A DNA stretch of 64,000 nucleotides. Source: a virus (taxonomy: Duplodnaviria > Heunggongvirae > Uroviricota > Caudoviricetes). The notes beneath the pieces are model-generated. The model saw only the letters and a program-made list of their open reading frames with translations, had not been told where the DNA came from and did not search any database. The stretch lies in the IMG/VR virus record IMGVR_UViG_3300020451_002055, one strand, 5' to 3'. Each line of letters begins with the position of its first letter. Within the stretch, counting starts at the first letter, position 1. Below are positions 59,614-64,000 of the stretch, one piece after another. The translations under genes were made by a program, and so were the position numbers.

Positions 59614-60462
59614 TCAGTCCTCATCGTACTCTTCGCAGTCGCATTCAGGATCGTCGCAATCGCATTCTTCCCAGTCCTCGTCGAGGTCATCTAGGGCTCC
59701 GCTCTCAAGGAGAGCATCGAAACTAGCTGGCGGTTCATCAAGCTCATCGTCATCTTCATTTCGATATGCGGCATCGATCTTATTGACGAGGGCCTCTCGG
59801 ACGCACCATTCGTATCCGAGATTGACCATCCCGATCTCATCCATGTCTCCAAGACGCTCTATCGCGTCTTTAAGACCGTTGTATTGCTCTCGCCTTGGGC
59901 CAAGATCGCTCTGCTGAACGTCGCCGGTCAGAATGATTTTAGAACCAGAGCCTAGACGAGTAAGCAGCAAATGAATCTGCTTAGATGTCATATTCTGGCA
60001 TTCGTCAGCAATAACGCATGCATTCTTGAATGTAACGCCTCTCATGTAAGCGATCGGAAGAATGATGATCTTCTTATCGTCGATCATCTTGCGAATGTCT
60101 TCCTGGCTGAAATATTGACCAAGAATCTCATTCATCGGCATCATGTAAGGAGCAATCTTTTGCTCCGCATCGCCAGGTAGAAAGCCAAGAGACTCGCCTG
60201 CTTCAACAACAGGACGGGTAAGAATGATTCGTTCGAATCTGCCATTGACGAACTCTTGCAAAGCCCAACCAACAGCCAAGTGAGTTTTGCCAGTTCCGGG
60301 CACGCCGCTGACAAGCGTAATCTGCTTGCTAGCGATGGTGCGCAAGGCCTCTTTTTGACCTTCATTCATAGCCGATACGTGGACAACTCTCTTTGTTGAT
60401 TGCGACTTTCCCATGGTTCCTGCCTTTGCTAATGATGTAGACTTCTTGCTTTTTCTAGCCAT
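59614..60462 (-). CDS. phoH: PhoH-family ATPase
   Basis: 'GVPGTGKTHLA', 'IILTRPVVEAGESLGFLPG', 'YMRGVTF', 'IADECQN', 'LTRLGSGSKIILTGDVQQSD'. Confidence 0.95.
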   Translation of the reverse strand: MARKSKKSTSLAKAGTMGKSQSTKRVVHVSAMNEGQKEALRTIASKQITLVSGVPGTGKTHLAVGWALQEFVNGRFERIILTRPVVEAGESLGFLPGDAEQKIAPYMMPMNEILGQYFSQEDIRKMIDDKKIIILPIAYMRGVTFKNACVIADECQNMTSKQIHLLLTRLGSGSKIILTGDVQQSDLGPRREQYNGLKDAIERLGDMDEIGMVNLGYEWCVREALVNKIDAAYRNEDDDELDEPPASFDALLESGALDDLDEDWEECDCDDPECDCEEYDED

Positions 60463-60871
60463 TCATGGATTTCCTAGAAGATACGAGTAGATAATGATCA
60501 TCTCCTGATTCAACTGACGTTACATCGCCAAGTATGTAATACTTATGACGCATTGAATACGCGCTAAATACGTCATTGATATATGTCCAAAAAGACTTCT
60601 TAACTTTGACTATTTGACCTGATAGAACTTGTATCCTAATGTAAACAAGATCTTCGCCAAAGTCGCCCTTGATCGTATCAAGCAGTTCATCTAGCTCATT
60701 ACGAATAAACAAGTCTTCCCAACCTTCTGCATGCAACGCTCGTAAGAGTCGTTGACGCTCTCGGCTAGAAAGACTATCCAGCAATTTCATTCTCTGAATT
60801 GAGGAAAGCGGGCGGGTCAAAGAGAAGAACTCTTGGAAGTTTTGGAAGTTTTGGAACACCTTTTTGCTCAT
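60455..60871 (-). CDS. Hypothetical protein
   Basis: 138 aa; AGGAG SD; overlaps the phoH start. Confidence 0.7.
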   Translation of the reverse strand: MSKKVFQNFQNFQEFFSLTRPLSSIQRMKLLDSLSSRERQRLLRALHAEGWEDLFIRNELDELLDTIKGDFGEDLVYIRIQVLSGQIVKVKKSFWTYINDVFSAYSMRHKYYILGDVTSVESGDDHYLLVSSRKSMNG

Positions 60872-60950
60872 GCGTCAGTCTCCTATGGAAGACAGTTTTC
60901 AATACCGCCGAGCATCAGATTTTCCTCCACAAAGTACGCTTCTCTACTAC

Positions 60951-61265
60951 TTATTTATCGCCCGTTTCTACCTGAGGAATTGCGTCAATCACTCTGATCT
61001 CGCCGAGGCCCAAAATATATTGATGATTATCATCAACAGAGCCTTCGACATACTTTAACACAAGGTCTTTGCCGAGCAAAATACCTTGATCGCTTGACAG
61101 TTCCAAGATCGTAACAATCAGCTTACTAGCCAGCTTGGAAAGTCTTGGATCGTTACCCGTAGCAATACGGCGCTTGAGTTCAGCAGAGGGAATAAACACG
61201 AAGTCAGTGCGAGGATCTTCGATTGCATTCCTAAGCTGTTGACGTTGTTCCGGTGTAAAACTCAT
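60951..61265 (-). CDS. Hypothetical protein
   Basis: 104 aa in the co-oriented gene string. Confidence 0.65.
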   Translation of the reverse strand: MSFTPEQRQQLRNAIEDPRTDFVFIPSAELKRRIATGNDPRLSKLASKLIVTILELSSDQGILLGKDLVLKYVEGSVDDNHQYILGLGEIRVIDAIPQVETGDK

Positions 61266-61278
61266 ACTTACTTATCGG

Positions 61279-61479
61279 TCATGACTGTCTCATAGAAACA
61301 ATCTTTCTCATCGCCTTCGATCTTTGCGTAATCATAGACTTGACTGCCGAAACTTTCGAGGCATCAATCTTCTTGATTACAGGCCCATCGTTATCCGGCT
61401 TTTTGAGACGAGGCAAAGGAGGGATTGGCTTCTTAGTGGGAGCCGATGCGTGAATCTCTTCTTCAGATCGATCAATCAT
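61279..61479 (-). CDS. Small basic hypothetical protein
   Basis: 66 aa from ATG 61479 (MIDRSEEE...), overlapping the stop of the upstream 50-aa gene. Confidence 0.55.
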   Translation of the reverse strand: MIDRSEEEIHASAPTKKPIPPLPRLKKPDNDGPVIKKIDASKVSAVKSMITQRSKAMRKIVSMRQS

Positions 61480-61624
61480 CGCTCTTGCCCTTTGGAACGC
61501 AGTTGGGGACATCCTTGCCGTCCTTCTTCTTGGTTCCAACCATCTCGTAACCCTTCCAACAAGGATCTTCGCCTTCCATCTTCTCTTTAGCCTGCTTGTA
61601 TGATGAGGATTCAATCGTCTTCAT
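61472..61624 (-). CDS. 50-aa protein with a 'PCWKGY...VPNCVP' motif
   Basis: Below the ORF-track cutoff. AAGGAG SD; MKTIESSSYKQAKEKMEGEDPCWKGYEMVGTKKKDGKDVPNCVPKGKSDD. I recall this motif from hypothetical proteins of large phages. Confidence 0.75.
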   Translation of the reverse strand: MKTIESSSYKQAKEKMEGEDPCWKGYEMVGTKKKDGKDVPNCVPKGKSDD

Positions 61625-61626
61625 AT

Positions 61627-62148
61627 CTATCTCCTTAGTGGGATTGGTGTTTTCTTTTCGGTCTTTGAGCTAAATACAAGTTCGTTTACCTCGAACTTTT
61701 CCCCTTTGAATAGCTCCTCTCCAACCATGTCATCGCAACGCCCTTTCTTGACATACGCGAGCGTCAAGTGCGGATTGTAAGTAGGATGGGTTGATGTATG
61801 AGGAAGCTCTTTAAGCTTGCGATTCAAAGCTCTGAGTTCATCAGATTCGATATCTATCTTGAGAACATCATGTTCATCGCTCGTTCTGAACTTGCTTACT
61901 TTGCCAAGAGATATCTCGAAGGGCTCGCTGTCCTTCAGAAACTCTCTGATCTCTTCGGCGCTGCCGGTATGAAGACCATACAGGACAGTCACATGAGGAT
62001 TGTCCTCTTTCCCTTCTTCCGCGATATCTTCATCGTCGAGAGAATCGATTTGATCGAAGATTCGATCTCGAAGGTCGCCGTCTATTTCGAGCATAACGGT
62101 TGTATAGCTATGCGACTCTGCCGTAATGAGTCTTCCATACCAGTTCAT
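61627..62148 (-). CDS. 2H phosphoesterase, Acb1/T4 gp57B-like (candidate anti-CBASS nuclease)
   Basis: Two HxT motifs, 'NPHVTVLYG' and 'YNPHLTLAY'. Start MNWYG at 62148 is TAATG-coupled to the upstream stop. Confidence 0.8.
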   Translation of the reverse strand: MNWYGRLITAESHSYTTVMLEIDGDLRDRIFDQIDSLDDEDIAEEGKEDNPHVTVLYGLHTGSAEEIREFLKDSEPFEISLGKVSKFRTSDEHDVLKIDIESDELRALNRKLKELPHTSTHPTYNPHLTLAYVKKGRCDDMVGEELFKGEKFEVNELVFSSKTEKKTPIPLRR

Positions 62149-63158
62149 TAGCCGCCTCCGGAACCAAACAGATAGCGGAACCAACGAGAACGACCGCCGG
62201 GAAGCGTATACTCCGGAGTGACGATCGCTTTGGTAAGACCCTTGTATGGACCATACTTCTTCTGCTCAAGAAGGGCTCTGAAGTCTTCTTCGAAGTTCTT
62301 CTTCAGAGTCTCTAGCTGCTGAAAAGCAGTCTGAGCCTTTTCAGGTCCGCCAAAGACTTCTTGCGGCTCTTGGAACTGCAAGCAAAGGAGCAAATGACGA
62401 ATAGCGTCCTTTGCCGCTCCGTAAAGGACATGAGGTATGAAGCGATCCGGAACATTGTAGAGATTGTAACCGCCGACCGGAGGATAACTGTTGACAATAC
62501 TAAGGGCATTCTGAAGGAAGCGGTCTAGCTCAGCATCATCAAACCAGCGGAAGTTATAGTCGCAAGTTACCGTATCGTATTCGGTGAGAAGGGAATCGAA
62601 TATGACCTTTCCTTTAAAGTAGTCAACAACAGCGCCTTCGGTGACCGGTTTCTCATTCAAGAAAATCCGAGTTCTGATGTTCTGATTCCATCTGGGAAAG
62701 TTGAATGTTACGGTTCTGCTGTCTGCTTCAATAATACCTTGTTCATTGTATACGGGAATCGCTTGAGCGCAATGGAGATGAACAGTAAGGGCCATTCTCA
62801 TTGATACCAAACGGTCCGAGTAGAGCGAAGTTAGACGAGTCTCGCCGTCTGCTGCTACATTGAACTGTTGAACTTCTTCGTAGTCTGTCCCGTCTACCGT
62901 ATAAGTCCAAGTTGCAGTATAGGTTCCCGGCTCTTGGGCTGCAGGAACTTGCCAGTCGTAGATATAGAAGCCGTTGACTATCTTTTCGGGCGTGCCGGAT
63001 TCAATCTCCGTATCTGATTCATCAGTTATGACAAACGAGATAGAAGACGGATCAGTTGGCTCTCCGTCAAAAGTAGTAATGCGCAAGAATAGCGTTGATG
63101 CTTCGTCTTGCTCGAACGTTCCTCTATAGTCTGCAACTGATTGAATGTTAGATGGCAT
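62148..63158 (-). CDS. Putative head-tail adaptor/neck protein with N-terminal Ig-like domain
   Basis: 336 aa. 'GFYIYDWQVP...PGTYTATW' Ig-like; helical 'FDDAELDRFLQNALSIVN...VLYGAAKDAI' adaptor-like. Confidence 0.5.
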   Translation of the reverse strand: MPSNIQSVADYRGTFEQDEASTLFLRITTFDGEPTDPSSISFVITDESDTEIESGTPEKIVNGFYIYDWQVPAAQEPGTYTATWTYTVDGTDYEEVQQFNVAADGETRLTSLYSDRLVSMRMALTVHLHCAQAIPVYNEQGIIEADSRTVTFNFPRWNQNIRTRIFLNEKPVTEGAVVDYFKGKVIFDSLLTEYDTVTCDYNFRWFDDAELDRFLQNALSIVNSYPPVGGYNLYNVPDRFIPHVLYGAAKDAIRHLLLCLQFQEPQEVFGGPEKAQTAFQQLETLKKNFEEDFRALLEQKKYGPYKGLTKAIVTPEYTLPGGRSRWFRYLFGSGGG

Positions 63159-63862
63159 TATGTTACTCGTATACTGCTAGTTCCGCCAGAGGAACCAGGA
63201 GGTCCAATGATCGGAGTTGAGGTGTTTGGAAGACCGCCTCTGCTTGTTGGTTGCGAAGGCGACAAGCTATTGATAAGACGAATAACCTCGTCTACCTTCA
63301 TATCGGTACTTAGCAACTGTTCCCTTAGCTCATCTAGACCTTCTACAGTTGTGTTTACCGTTATGTAAGGATCAGGACACTCAAGTTCAATGTCAACATT
63401 CGGAGAGCCTCCTCCGCCGGTATCTCCGCAATCAACTTCATCAGTCAATGATCTGTCTGCATATTCCCAGACATCTTGAGCCGTCAGAGAGCTTCCTGCC
63501 TGAGTCTGACATCCGCAGATATCCACTTCCTGCAAGCCATCCCAATAGAAAGCCATTGTACCCAGAAGAGTATCTGATTCCCTATCATAACCGCTGCCAA
63601 GAGCCTCAAAAACTTCGACTAAGTAGAAGTCTCCATTGTCAGTTTCAGGTATATTAGACACATCCGTTATCGTGTAGCTGTAGTAGCCTTTGCGAACAGC
63701 ATCCTCGTCCATGATGAGAGCAAAATCGGACTGAGACGGCAAAGAAAGCGTCTCGAAAGAATTCGATGAAGGATCAAATGCCTTGATTTTATTGGTGGCG
63801 CTAAACAGGTTGGCATATACAACCTTGCCTGGCGTGTCTTGGTAGGATATCAGTAGCGGCAT
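63158..63862 (-). CDS. Hypothetical protein, probably virion-associated
   Basis: 234 aa; AGGAG SD; TAATG-coupled to the next gene. Confidence 0.7.
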   Translation of the reverse strand: MPLLISYQDTPGKVVYANLFSATNKIKAFDPSSNSFETLSLPSQSDFALIMDEDAVRKGYYSYTITDVSNIPETDNGDFYLVEVFEALGSGYDRESDTLLGTMAFYWDGLQEVDICGCQTQAGSSLTAQDVWEYADRSLTDEVDCGDTGGGGSPNVDIELECPDPYITVNTTVEGLDELREQLLSTDMKVDEVIRLINSLSPSQPTSRGGLPNTSTPIIGPPGSSGGTSSIRVT

Positions 63863-63881
63863 AAAAGTCTCCTACATACAT

Positions 63882-64000
63882 TTACGGCATGAACGCTGCC
63901 GTTCCTCCACCCTTTCCGCTTGAAGAGGAGTTCGATGGCGGTGGAGGAGGCGGCGGAGGCGGTGGTGGTGGTGGTGGTGGCGGTGGCGGAGGCGGAGGAG
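63882..64000 (-). CDS. 3' end of a protein with a poly-proline tract (5' part outside the window)
   Basis: At least 21 consecutive Pro codons (mixed CCT/CCG/CCA), then SNSSSSGKGGGTAAFMP and TAA at 63882-63884. Confidence 0.65.
   Translation of the reverse strand, partial: PPPPPPPPPPPPPPPPPPPPPSNSSSSGKGGGTAAFMP

Noticed and set aside
61480-61614. 5' extension of the track ORF 61279-61614
   Set aside because: This stretch is better explained by the 50-aa gene in another frame, which has a good SD and a recognisable motif.
721-63657. All plus-strand ORFs and the short off-frame minus-strand ORFs in the track
   Set aside because: They overlap long minus-strand genes, lack recognisable motifs and read like antisense or alternate-frame shadows.
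63936-64000. (GGT/GGC/GGA)n as a microsatellite or CRISPR-like repeat
   Set aside because: Third-position variation fits poly-Pro coding on the minus strand, and there are no spacers.
1-64000. Stop-codon reassignment, tRNA genes, CRISPR arrays
   Set aside because: Genes are long and intact in the standard code with TAA, TGA and TAG all used as stops; intergenic gaps are short and show no cloverleaf or repeat-spacer pattern.

Overview
The window is a 64-kb slice of the virion-morphogenesis region of a large tailed (jumbo-type) bacteriophage. All credible genes lie on the minus strand, tightly packed and read with the standard code; the plus-strand ORFs look like shadows. In the direction of transcription (high to low coordinates) the order is: a truncated poly-proline protein, a putative head-tail adaptor, an Acb1-like 2H phosphoesterase, small proteins, PhoH, a Zn-ribbon protein, a candidate adaptor, a free-standing LAGLIDADG endonuclease, a volactin-type actin, a Mu gp36-like connector, a tail terminator, a glycosyltransferase, the tail tube, a tail chaperone with a -1 frameshift site, a second chaperone paralogue and the tape measure protein. 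Then follow about 43 kb of very large tail-tip/fibre-like proteins (FN3, beta-propeller, LamG, DUF642-like, laminin-B-like and GH56-like domains) with a second glycosyltransferase embedded. The last of these, >1930 aa and running off the window start, is absent from the ORF track. No sheath, tRNA, rRNA or CRISPR array was seen. Highlights: (1) a phage actin of the volactin type with a candidate adaptor inside the neck operon; (2) a homing endonuclease whose N-terminus duplicates the actin N-terminus; (3) a hyaluronidase (GH56)-like barrel with the catalytic Glu replaced by Arg; (4) two glycosyltransferases among virion genes plus a recurrent DPYDPY-like motif in virion proteins. Family calls come from motif recognition by eye; no searches were run.
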